Assembly: GCF_001194135.2 (NCBI RefSeq)
Contig: NC_068985.1
Span: forward strand, 124,583,285 to 124,647,284
DNA: 64,000 nucleotides
Reading direction: 5' to 3'
Origin: Octopus bimaculoides
Taxonomy: Eukaryota
The translations under genes and the position numbers were made by a program. Under the pieces are notes generated by a model. The model did not search any database and was not told the origin of the DNA. It saw only the letters and a program-made list of their open reading frames with translations. Every line of letters begins with the position of its first letter. The first letter of the stretch is position 1. Below are positions 12,801-25,718 of this stretch, one piece after another.

Positions 12801-15456
12801 AAATAAGCTAGCCTTGTATCAAAATTATAAAGAAACGATTCTTATTATTATCATCATTATTATGAGAACAGTGTTATGACAGAATTGGTTGGCTGACAGG
12901 CAGTATTTAGCAACATTGCTTTGCATTGCTTTACATTCTGAGTTCATATACCCTCATAGTGAAGTGTTTAGGGCAGTATATAATGATCCATTTCCTCCTC
13001 CAAAAATTATACTGCTGCATTTATGAGGGAAAGTTTTCTTTAGAAATAACTGCTTTGCTGTCTTTCTTTCATGTCTGTGCTTTAGTTTCACTAATACCAG
13101 GCAACAAATTCTGTAGAAAGAATCAGTTAATTAAATTGATCCCAGGGTATTAAGGGGATCGGTATATAATTTCATTAACATCCAAAGGCATAAAAAGCAG
13201 AGTCGACTTTGATGAAATTTGAACTTAGAACGGAAAGCAATGACATGAAATACTATTGGGCCTTTAGTGCAATGCTCTCTTATATCTAACACTTGTCTAC
13301 CTTATTAATAATGATTTCTAACATAAATAAAGACTACACACTTGGAGGAAGCAAACAATGAATTATTTCAGCCTCAGCAATTCACTGGTATTTATTTCAG
13401 AAAGGTGAAAGGCTAAGTTGACCTTGGTAAGGTTTGGACTCAGGAAATAATGTATTGCACCATTACACTATTGATAATTGCTTCGAATTTAGACACGATG
13501 TCAGTAATTCCAGGAGGAGATTGGGTTCGAGTGGGGTAGGTGATTACATTTGCTGTAGTACTTGATTGGTACTTTATTATTCCTGAAACGATGGAAAGCA
13601 AAGTTGATTTCAGGGGGAGTTGTACTCAAAACATAGCTGGAAGAAATGCTGCTAAGCATTTTGTTTGATATGCTAATGATTCTGCCAGCTCACTATCTTT
13701 CCATAATCAATAATAACGATAAGATGATAAAACCTCTTAACATGTCTAACAGAAAATTTTTCAAATTTCTAGATATTTCATGTCGCACTAAAGTAAAATG
13801 AAATAAAATAGCAATTATAATAAAACCAACATTAATTATTACTTGAGAACAACTGAGTGGTACTATGTAGAAGATGTTGAGGATAGTTCTTATATTGGGA
13901 GAATGGCTTTATAAGAACTGGCTGTGAAATAAGATAATTTAGTGCTTACAAACCAAAGACAACAATCAACAATGTCTGTGTTTTATAAATGCCGATTTTC
14001 TCTACCAATATACATTTTTGAAATGTGTTTTTGTATAGATAATACAAAAGAGTTACAGCTATATTATAAGACAAACTGAAGACAGATAAATGTCATAATA
14101 CCTAGTGCATATATTCTCCTTCTTTCTCTCAGATACTCTTTCTCCCCACACACACACACACACACACTCAATGTAACATCTGCACTATAGAGTGGTACAT
14201 ATCTGCTTAACAGTCAGGTTTGTAATATAGTTTTGACACCCAGTCAAGGTATCTAACTTAACTCACAGCTATTATCTTTCTCTCAGATTAAAAGGGCTTA
14301 ACACCTTTCACAACAGACCTTCTTCACATCACAGTTCTATATTTAAGAGATGAGGAATTATTTACATTATTTACATTTGACAGATATTTGTCCTCATCTT
14401 GTTTGTTGTTAACACAACGTTTCGGCTGATATACCCTCCAGCCTTCATCAGGTGTCTTGGGGAAATTTTGAACCTGGGTTCTCATTCCTAAGGTATTTTT
14501 TGATGTTATTATTGTTATTATTATTATTATTCAGGTCACTGCCTGGAATCGAACTCGGAATCTTAGGGTTAGTAGCCCGCACTCTTAACCACTAGGCCAT
14601 ATGCCCATGGGCATATGGCGTAGTGGTTAAGAGCATGGGCTACTAACCCCAAGATTCCGAGTTCGATTCCAGGCAGTGATCTGAATAATAATAATAACAT
14701 CGAAAAATACCTTAGGAATGAGAACCCAGGTTCGAAATTTCCCCAAGACACCTGATGAAGGCTGGAGGGTATATCAGTCGAAACATTGTGTTAACAACAA
14801 ACAAGATGAGGACAAATATCTGTCAAATGTAAATAATGTAAATAATGTACTTCTTCACATTCCTTAGAATGTGACTCAAGTAAAAACCAAAGACCCAATC
14901 TTCCGGAATGCTATACTTTCACTTTTTAAAATTATTTTTGTTTTATTTAATTATTTAAATGCTAATTAACAACATAAAGTAGTAGTACAAAGTCACAGTT
15001 TCCACCAACTCAGTATCATTTCAGTTTTTGTTTCATTTTTTTTTTTTTTACAGCAGTAAATAACTTAACGAAAAAAATGGGAGATTTTATTTCCACATTT
15101 AGTGATAAGTAAAATTAATGTAATTCATTTGTTTTACCATCACCTAACAGGTATCAGTCGGTGAAATCCAGCCCTAGCCTGAGTAATGTATCACTGAAAG
15201 AAGGCTCTCACAATTTTACACGCACCTTAACTGGTAACACAACAGACAGAAGCAGTGTTGATGATCCTTTCTGGGGCAATGATGTAATTTTACTTTTATA
15301 TTTCATGTGTGCTTGCATATTACTTTGTGTGGAGAATTAGCGATATTAATTAATCATATTTGCTATTGCCAGTTCTTCACTGAAGATAAATATAACTTGA
15401 TAGAAAACTTGTTGTGTAGCTTGATAGAAAATTTGTTGAGACATCTGTAGCACACT

Positions 15457-15491
<35 letters not shown>

Positions 15492-18400
15492 TCATCATTA
15501 TCATCCTTTTATATCAGCTTTCCATGCTGGCATGGGTCAGCTGAGATATCACAGTCCAAGTCAGTTTTTATTCAAAGTTACTATCATCCGCAATGATTCA
15601 GAAGAGCATGCCTCACCCATGTGTTCCAATTTAGTGGAAGAAAGGGCATTCAGTTGTAGAAACAATGCCAATAATAGAATATATACTCTGCAATTCACTT
15701 TGCAGATTACTTCTTTCAGAAAGACCAAAGAAAAACAAAAAAACTGACACGAAGCAGAAGGAATCCTTTAGCCCTCTTTGCACAGGACAACTTCTTTAGT
15801 GCTGATGGCACTATAAAATGTGCACTCCAGTACGCTCTGTAGGTGCTTTGTGATAGGAAGAGCATCTTGTCATAGAAAACATAGTAAACATACTTTCTGT
15901 ACAATCACTACAATATCAAATATGAACATTGTCACTGTAACATCATAGACAACAATTTTCTGTATAGTCACCACAGTATCAAGCAGAGTGAACACATTTT
16001 CTGTAAATTCATCACAGTATCAAAAGTAGTGAACATACTTTCTGTATAGTCACTATAATATCAAACGTAATGAAGATTTTCTTGTATAGCTATCATTGCA
16101 TCAATCACAGTAGCGAAAATACGTTCTTGTATAGTCACCACACTATCAAACATATTGAACACATTTTCTGTACAGCCACCACATAATCAAGGATAATAAA
16201 CATACATTTTATATTCTCATCCTGCCAGCAAACATAATGAATATACTTTCTGTATAGACACCACAGCATTAAGCATTGTGAACATACTTTCAATATAGTC
16301 ATGACACCATCAAATATAAGAAACATACTTTCTGTATAGTCACAGCAGTATCAAACACAACAGTGAGCATGTGTGATGTCACTGCAGCATTGATCATATT
16401 TTCTGTAAAGTCACAACACCAAATATAGGGAAGATATTTTCTCTATAGTCATTGCTACATCAGATATAGTGAATGTATTGGATTAGAACAAAAGTTCATA
16501 CCTTTTTTCAGTTGGTGGCATTTAAACACATGGTTTCATTTCCTATATGACATAAGCATAGACATAAATATTTTTTGAACAGTGGTATTTTAACATGTCT
16601 TTCTATGCAATTACTGTGTATGTAGTTTATTTCTATTGTTTTTGCATTACTACTTAAAATGGAGGAAAATGGAATACATTTTCATCATTTGATGCTCTTT
16701 ATCTTAGGAAAGAAAAAAACACTGTCCAGACAAAAAAAAAAATAAGTGAAGTTTATGGAGATTGTGCCATATCTAAGAGGATTATTTGTAAGTGGTTCAT
16801 TAGATATAGGAGTGAAAATTTTGACCTGGAAGACCAGGAGAATTCTGGTAGGCCTATAGATGTTGATAATGACCAAATCAAAAATGCTAATCAAAAGTAA
16901 TCCTGGTCACACAACACAAGACATTGCAGAAATACTCTACATATCTAAGGTGATGTTTGGGTGCCTCATAATTTAATGAAAATCATTTAAAGGGCCACAT
17001 TCTCTGTTCAAATGTTACAAAAACTACACATTTTTGAAAAAAACAATCATAGGTAAAGAAAGATGGATTGTTTACAACAAAATGGAGTGAAAATGGTCCT
17101 GGAGAAAACAAAATTAACCACCTTTAATTTCTCCAGAAGCCAGTCTGTATCCAAAGATGACACTCTGTATCTGGTGGGATTGAAAGGCTATTGTGTATTT
17201 CAAGCTCCTTCCATAAAATCAGACATTAAATTTGAATAATTAATGTTCCCAGTTTGATCTATTAAAAGAGGTACAACGTCAAGAATTAATCAATCAGATG
17301 GTGTCGTCTTCCTTCAGGACAATGCTAGACCTCATGTTTCCTTGCAGAATCATCAGAAATTGGTACAGCTTGGCTTAGATCTCTTACCACACCACACCCA
17401 CCATACTCACCTAACCTTATGCCTTTGGATTATCATATATTTCAACCTCTACAAAATTTTCTTAATGTGAAAAACTTCAATTCTTTGGAAGACTGTAAAA
17501 ACCATTTACAACAGTTCATCATCCAAAAGGATGCTAAGTTCTGAGAGGATGAGATCATGAAGCTGCTTCAAAGATGATGAAAGATAGTGAAACAAAATGG
17601 GACATATATGGTTGAATAAAGATATGTACAATTATCTAAATATTGTTTTTGAATTTTAGTCTAAAAAATTGGTATGAACTTTTGTTCCACCCAAATGTTT
17701 TTGCACTGTGATCATAGCAGCTGGTATTTATTGTGATCTCATTTTATTTATCATGAGTTCTGTATCATTCTCTCTTTTAACAAGAACATTTGATAAAGCA
17801 GAGAACAATTTTTCTGTATTTAGCCTACAGTATCTGAAATGGCAGTAAATATTATTACTTTATTATTAGGTAACCATTTTCTTTATTTTTATTTATTATT
17901 AGATAAAGATAACCATGCACATACCTCCACTACATAACTAAAATTCCCATTTGAATGAGGTTCAAACTTTACAGCAATGAATGTATTCACAAACTCTCTC
18001 TCTCTCTCTCTTATTCAAATTCCAACATATTCATTTTCACTGGTCTCTAGCTAGTAAATTTACATAGTCTTTATATGGTATCCAGTGTTGCCATGTAAAC
18101 ATAAGTTTTACTTAAAAGGAAAGTATAACAACCCAGTTGAAAATCTATTTGATTGTTGTCTGAAGAATTGAGAGCATATATTCCATCAACCAATCTTGTC
18201 TATAACCAAGACATTTAATACTCAAAAGTTCCACATTACCTATAAGCAGGTGAGGTTTATTACTGCAAGGAGCAGGAATATTGTATAATTGAGAAGTGTT
18301 TCCTAGACTTGCAATGTTGCATTCAAATCCTGTCACAAATGTAACTCACAGAAATGTAAGTTCTTCCTAGCAGACACTCTATGAAGAGGAAGTCTTCAGT

Positions 18401-20003
18401 GGTGCTCCAGCAACTCAGTGCCTTATGGAACTTACCAGTCACTGCCAAATTATTTGAAAAGAAAAGTAATTATGAAATAATTGTTCATGTCTTACATAGG
18501 TAAAAGGCTACATATTTAGCAAGTGGGTATAGATTATTATATTAACACTGATGCTTGATTTCTGTATTATTTTATTGAACCTAAAAGAATTTGAAGTCAA
18601 ACAGTAAAAGTTCTAAACTAAATATGGCAAGATATTCTGTCTATGATTCTACTAATTTCTGATAGTAAATTATAATTTGATTTCCTTCAATCAACCCGAT
18701 ATATGACTGGTTCCTCTTTATTTTATTGTCCTCAGAGTGCTGTAGAAGACAAAATAAACCATGCAGTATTTAAGACAACTATAACACATGTTTTAGTTTG
18801 ACACCCTACCGTTTCTGTCCATGAAAATTATTATAATGATAGATTAGATTTTATTTAAATTGACTTTTGTTTGTTTTATGTTTGTTCATTGGTTTTTCTT
18901 TTGTTGTTTTTATTGTATTTCTATTTTTCTATCATCTTTTTATTCATTTGCCTCTTCTCCACAAAGGAATCGGAAAAAAAAGCTGCTGGTAAAATTCAAG
19001 TTTTGTTCAATGAAATCAATGAAATACTCTATGAACAACAGAGACCCATTGGTTCATCTGACATGTACCATGAGTGTGAAGAATGGAGCTTACAATTCCC
19101 ACATCTCAGGTTTTCATTAACATTTTTTATAATCATTTATTAATTCAATACCATTGTCATCTTTTTTACTCAATCAATTAATTGATGTGATATAATTGGT
19201 TGTTTTGAGCACCATCATTTGAAAATTTGTCTTTCATTTATTAAATAGCTTAGAATATATTCCCATAGCCCAAAAAAGAATTTGGCAGCAGATGGGTGGA
19301 ATTGTTAGTCAAATACTGTTCATTTGTTTAGAACTCTTGCTGATTACATAAGGAAACTGTACCTCACTGTTTGGTATTTATTTCAGTGAGAGAGACTTTG
19401 AAATGTCTGTACAATTTCTGTTTTTAATATAACAGCAACAACAAACAAACGCTATTGATGTAGTATATAAACACAATTCTACACCCATCAAAAAATAATG
19501 CTGTACACATGTCAGGACCATGGAAGTGCACCTGGTATGACAGTAGAAACTTTCATAAAACTTTTATTGGCTTCAAAGGCTCAGTACATTAAGGGCAGCA
19601 AAAAAAAAATACAAAAAGATGAAAAAGAACCAAAAATAAAAGATTTCCTCTGAGTAAAAAGATGAAATCAACAATAACAACAAAAACACATAAACAAATA
19701 ACAATAAATACCAATGGTAATAGACAATAACAAAACTACAAGAAAGGTTTTCATTTCTTCAATTTTACGTCTGTTTTACTGTGTTTGACTAGTATATTTT
19801 AGAATTATTGTTTCATGGTTGGATGCCTTTCTTTCCTTAACCCTGACCTGTTTTTCAAGTCAGAGATTTTTTTATTCTCCATCTTTTCAATGATGCAAAG
19901 TCAATACATGATTTGTTGACAAAAGAAATAACAACAAAGTCACAGCTTGTGGTTCAGCAATGTTTGGAAATGTATAAATATAAACAGGCACTCACATGCT
20001 CAT

Positions 20004-20062
<59 letters not shown>

Positions 20063-23000
20063 TACATACATCCATGCATGCATTTGATAGGTTTCTTCAG
20101 TTTCCTTCTATCAAATCCACATACAAAGAGCAATTACATAATGTGATTCAAGGCAACCCAAGACCTTGTCATGAAAAATAGAAATTCCTTCCTTCCTGTT
20201 CTTTCTGCAAATCTACAACTGCATGATTAGAATAAACCTATTTAACCATGCCAATTTCACTGCTTTCTCCCTTCTTTCATAAAATTTACTGGAGGACAGC
20301 ATCTCTTTCTTTCTCCTCCTAAGGCCTTCCTCTTCGAGTGGTACTTGATGAAGTTGAAGATTTGTCATTAGAGTCAAAGTTCTATCCACAAAGCTTCAAC
20401 AGCAACCACCATACAGTAGCTAAAAGACAGAGGAAAACTAACCCCCTCTTCTTTGCCAAATGGTTTGTGAAGACTAGAAAGAAATGAAGCAAGCATGCTC
20501 TGCAGAATGTGTAATGTTAGTGCACATGAACTACATGGCACAGTTGAGCTGAGAGTAAATCCAGACATAAGAAAAATCAGATGTTGTGTACAAGAGAGAG
20601 GACTGCAGTGATATGAGCATATGATGTGTAATATCGCCATTTCTATATTAGATGGAGGATTAATATCCATAGGAAGCCTCCATCTCCTTCCTTCCTTTCT
20701 CTTTGATGCCCTTTCATCTCTCCATCACTAATCTATCACTCACCCTTTCCTTACTCACCTTCATCCTACTCACTACCTTTCCTATCCATTGTACCTCACT
20801 CTGTACATCTCACCATATCAGTATCTCTACTATTACTCCTTACTACCTGCTCACCCTAACCTTTTCCCCTATCATGTTCTTACTCCCTTCATACACTCAC
20901 CCTTCTTATGTCATCCGTCTTCTATTCACTTTCTTGGTCATGATGCCTCAGATGAATATTGAGACATCATAGAGTAGTGTCTAGTTTGGAGGACTCTTTG
21001 GCCTTGCTGGGCACAAGGTAACTTCAGTAACATCCATGCCATGATAAACACACCCAATATATTCCTGTAAAGAAGCTGATATCAGGAAGGACATCTAACC
21101 ATAGAAACCATACCAAAAATGGAACATTTTGAGGGGTATGTGGTCCTCCAACCTGTTGGTAGAAGGGCAGAATGATGATGATAATTACATTGTTTTACAT
21201 CATTTTATTCTCTCAGGAATAATACCAATCGTGGAGGATGCTCTGAAAGTATTGTTTCTAGAATAAGAATTGGGTGGAGAAAGTTCAGAGAGCTATTACC
21301 TCTGTTGGCAACAAAAGGACTCTCTCAGAGTGAAAGGTAGACTATATGATGCTTGTGTGCAAATGGCTATACTCCATGGTAGTGAGACATGGGCCCTGAA
21401 TGCAGACTGGTGAGAAATAAAGGTAATATGCTCCATTGGATGTGCAACATCAGTGCACATGTATGATAAAGTCCAAATGTATTGAGTGAAAAGTTGGGTA
21501 TAAGAGAGAAGACTACATTGGTTTGGACATGTGATGTGTAGGAATGAAGACAGCTGCATAAAGAAGTGCTGATCACTGAAAGTGGATGGTACCTGCAGAA
21601 GAGGGAGACCCAGGAAGGTGTGGGATGAAGTGACAAGGACCGGTTTCAGGATGTTGGGCCTCTCAGAGGAAATGACAATGGACTGAGATGTCTGGTAATA
21701 TGAAGTTCTTGAGAAGACCTGCCCACATCAGTGAAACTGAGTTCTAGAAGCACTGTGTGTCTCACCCACACTTAACAAGAAAACTTCTCACACACTCTAC
21801 TACAACAAACCAAACTATGTCTCTACATCACATTTCCACATCATGCATTATCCTTACCTCCTACTCCCTAATTCTGTCCTCTTGGCCCTGTGCTACTGTA
21901 TCATTGCTCTCTGCTAGTCCCTGATTTGTGTGTTCCACCCACATATAACAAGAAAACTTTTCACACACCCGACCCCAACAAACCAATCTATATCTCTACA
22001 TCTCTTCTCTTCCTCACATTTCCTCCCTCATACACTATGCCTAGCTCTCACTCCCCAATCCTATCCTCACGGCCCTGTTCCTCTGTGTCATTGCTATCCG
22101 GTAGCCCCTCTGACTCTATATATATATACCCAGGTTTTCGGCACTCACTTCCCCACATCCACTCTCTTTAATCACACTTCCTTCACAATATCTTACTACT
22201 TATATTGACATTCAAATCTCAAGTGTATACCCTGGCACTTGCCACCATCTGTATATCTCTCTTCCTTTACTCAACCATCCCGTTTATATTCTGATCCCCA
22301 TCCCATGTGAGTATGCTTGGCACTTTGCCACCCTGCTGTCTCCCACTCCCTCTCTCTCTCCTTCTCCTGCACTTCCCTCAGGTTGGGTAACCATGTATTT
22401 CCTGATCTTTCTCTCTCTCCACAGACGGGTAACCCTCTACCTCCTCTACAGCAAGACACCTCTTTCTGTCTCACTATAACCTTTCATCATCCACAAGATC
22501 ACCTCCTCCAATGCCCCCTCCCCTCTCAACAGACATTTTTTTTTTGTCTTGCAAGTACTTGACCCTGTCAGTGCAGGCACCAATTAAAAGCACCCAGTCC
22601 ATACTGTAAAGTGGTGGTTTAGAAGGGCATCCAGTCGTAAAAACCTTGCCAAAATTGACCTCGCCTGTGCTTGAGCCATGTAAAAAGCACTAAGTCCACT
22701 CTGCTGAGTGGTTGGTGTTAGGAAGGTATCTAGCTGTAAAAATCCTGCCAAAACAGTTACAGAAGTCTCGTGCAGGCTTCTGTCTGGCCGGCTCTTGTCA
22801 AACTGTCCCACCCATGCCAGCATGGAAGGTGGACATTAAATGATGATAGTGATATATATATATATATATATATAAAATCATCATCATCATTATTGTTTAA
22901 CATCCTTTTCCATGCTGGTTTAACTGAGGACTGGCAATCTGATCTGGCAAAGTTTCTACAGCTAGATGCCCTTCCTAATGCCAACCATTCCAAGAGTGTA

Positions 23001-24750
23001 GTGGGTGCTTTTTACGTGCCACCAGCACGAGGGCCAGTTCGGTGGTACTGGCATCGACCATGCTTGAATGGTGCTTTTTGCATGCCACTGGCGTGGGAGC
23101 CAGTCAGGTGACACTGGCAACGACCACGCTCGAATGGTGCTTTTTACATGCCACTGGCACGTCTGTCTGTCTGTATGTATGTATGTATGCTATTTCTTCT
23201 GACATGTGCATTTTTCGTTTTTCAGAGTACTTGGTCAACAAATATTTCCATCTGAGGAGCAAGGATATGATGCTGTACCACGCCTGCCTTACCATGCAAC
23301 ATCTACTGCCCATCTCATTGAAGATGACCAGTCTTTTTCCAATAGTTTCACACCTCTTGACTCAGATCTTCAGTTGTAAGTTAACTTTTATATTTACATC
23401 ATTATATCATCATTTTTAAAATTAGAAATCATTAGTATTACTGTTGTTTACAGGGATTAGTGATAGTCAGTCATAGGACAGCAAGCTGACAGACTCGTTT
23501 GTGCATTGGAATAAATATTTTGCTGTATTTGAGATCAACTTTATCTTTCATTCTTAGGATCAATGAAATTAAGTACCGATCAAGTACTGAGAATTAATGT
23601 TACTGACTAACTCTATACCCTCAAAACTCGTGGCCTTGTCCTTAAATTAGAAACAATTGTTATATTATAATCATATCCATGTTGTACAGCATGCCTTGCA
23701 ATATTTGTTCCAGCTTTTTTGCTCTGAGTTCAAAGCCTTCCAGATTTAACTTGTCTTTCATCTTTCCTGGATTGATTAAATGAATTACCAGTCAAAAACT
23801 GTCGACAATTTAATTGACTAACTCTTTTCCATAAATTTCTGTCCTTGTGTGTTTTCTTAGAAGTTATTGTTATTATTACTATGAGAGTGGGAGATTAGCA
23901 AAATCAATAGAGCACTAGACAAAATGCCTTATAGTTGTGGAGTATTGGATGAGAATAATAGGTAGAGCAGAGAGCAAATGTTTTGTGGTATTTAGCTGGA
24001 TCTCTTCACACTCACAGTTCTAAATAAATGGGTACAGCCCGCATTTATGGTTCATTAAGACTCACAGTGCAAGCACTTCTCACATTTATGGCTCACTAAT
24101 GCTGCTATGCCACACTCAAAAAGAAAACCATCTGACAAACACACATTCACTAACACCTTTTCATCTGTGTAACCTTTTCTGCTGCTACTTTGACTTCACT
24201 GAACCAATTAGCTGTATACCTCATCCACCCAGACCAGCTATCGTCCAACACCTCTGTATCTTGATTATACAACACTCCTACTTTGTCTGCATTTATCTCT
24301 TTTCCTAATCATTCTTCTCCCTCACAACAGCATCCCTCTGGAATTTCCTCCCCAATGATATTTTTGTTGCAGATTTTGACCTATGGAGGGATAACTGTAG
24401 GTCAATGTCTCTACATTAATGTCACCAGTATGTGAGAACCAACAAAGGTCCTCATCCTCCTTCTCCTCATTCTCATCAAAAGCTTCACTTTTAACTAACA
24501 AACTAAAAGTTCCTGTCCTTTATAAACTTTATGATTTTATACTTTATTATTATTGAGAAGGCAGCGAGCTGGCAGAATCGTTAGCATGCCAGGTGAAATG
24601 CTTAGCAGCATTTTGTTTACCTTGACATTCTGAGTTCAAATTCCGCTGAGGGTCAACTTTGCCTTTCGTCCTTTCAGGGTCAATAAAATAAGTACCAGTT
24701 GAACAATGAGGCCAATGTAATTGACTCATCCCCTCTCCCAAAATTTGAAA

Positions 24751-24784
<34 letters not shown>

Positions 24785-25678
24785 GGACAAAATGTTTAGT
24801 TGGTTTTCATCCATCTTTTTGTTCTGAGTTCAAATTCTGCCGAGGTTCACTTTGCCTTTCATGCTTTTGTAGTTGATGAAAAAAGTACCAGTTGCGCACT
24901 GGGGTCAATGTAATTGACTTCACCATGCCTTAAATTTGCTGGCTATATGCCAAAATAAGAAAGGATTATGAAATGCTTTGTGGCATTTTGTCCATCTTTA
25001 CGTTTTGACTTCAAATTCCGCCAAGGTCAGCTTTACCTTTCATCCATTCAGGATCAATGAAATAAGTACCAGTTGCGCACTGAGGTTGATGTAAGTGATT
25101 AGCCTAACCACTAGGCCATGTGCCTGCATGTTGAGCACCTTGATGGGTGTCAACACAGCTGATGCACGGTCCTTGGTTGAGAACAGTGTCGGTCGGGGAG
25201 TTTGACTGAAGTGGTATGTCTGTCAAACAGATGTGACATACTTGAATAAAGTATGAAGCCCTAAATTTATTATAAATAAACTACATTATATGTATGTCGT
25301 ATTTCACTTTTATCTTTTTTCAGTTTACTTGTATATTGTTTGGCCAAGAGAACTGCCATACTGAATATGAGACTCATATTTCTGGATGTGAAGCTTTATG
25401 TCAACCATGGTTGGTCACCAGAAACGTCTCCACCACTATGATTTTGTTATCATCCACTCACTGCAAAAAGATGACTGGCAGATAAAATTTTATTGGGTGT
25501 GGCTGTGTGGTAAGAAGCTTGCTTCCCAACCACATGGTTCCAGGCTCAGTCCCATTGGGTGACACTTTGGACAAGTGTTTCTACTATAGCCTCAGACCAA
25601 CCATTTGAATACTGGGGTCAATGTAATCAACTATCCCCCTCTCCCTAATTTCAGACCTTGTGCCTATAGTAGAAAGTA

Positions 25679-25718
<40 letters not shown>

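Larger units (their letters stand above)
14330..14849. mobile_element. Head-to-head palindromic PLE pLTR unit pair; 11 bp TSD
   Basis: Two copies of an about 270 bp unit inverted about gccc-AT-gggc (centre 14607-14608); TSD cttcttcacat at 14319-14329 and 14850-14860. Confidence 0.9.

Noticed and set aside
14609-14685. tRNA-like sequence (CTACTAA loop, anticodon ACU) as a functional tRNA gene; also at 3550, 14530 (-) and 55838
   Set aside because: The T stem and acceptor stem have several mismatches, there is no Ser-type long variable arm, and every copy is embedded in the same repeat unit.
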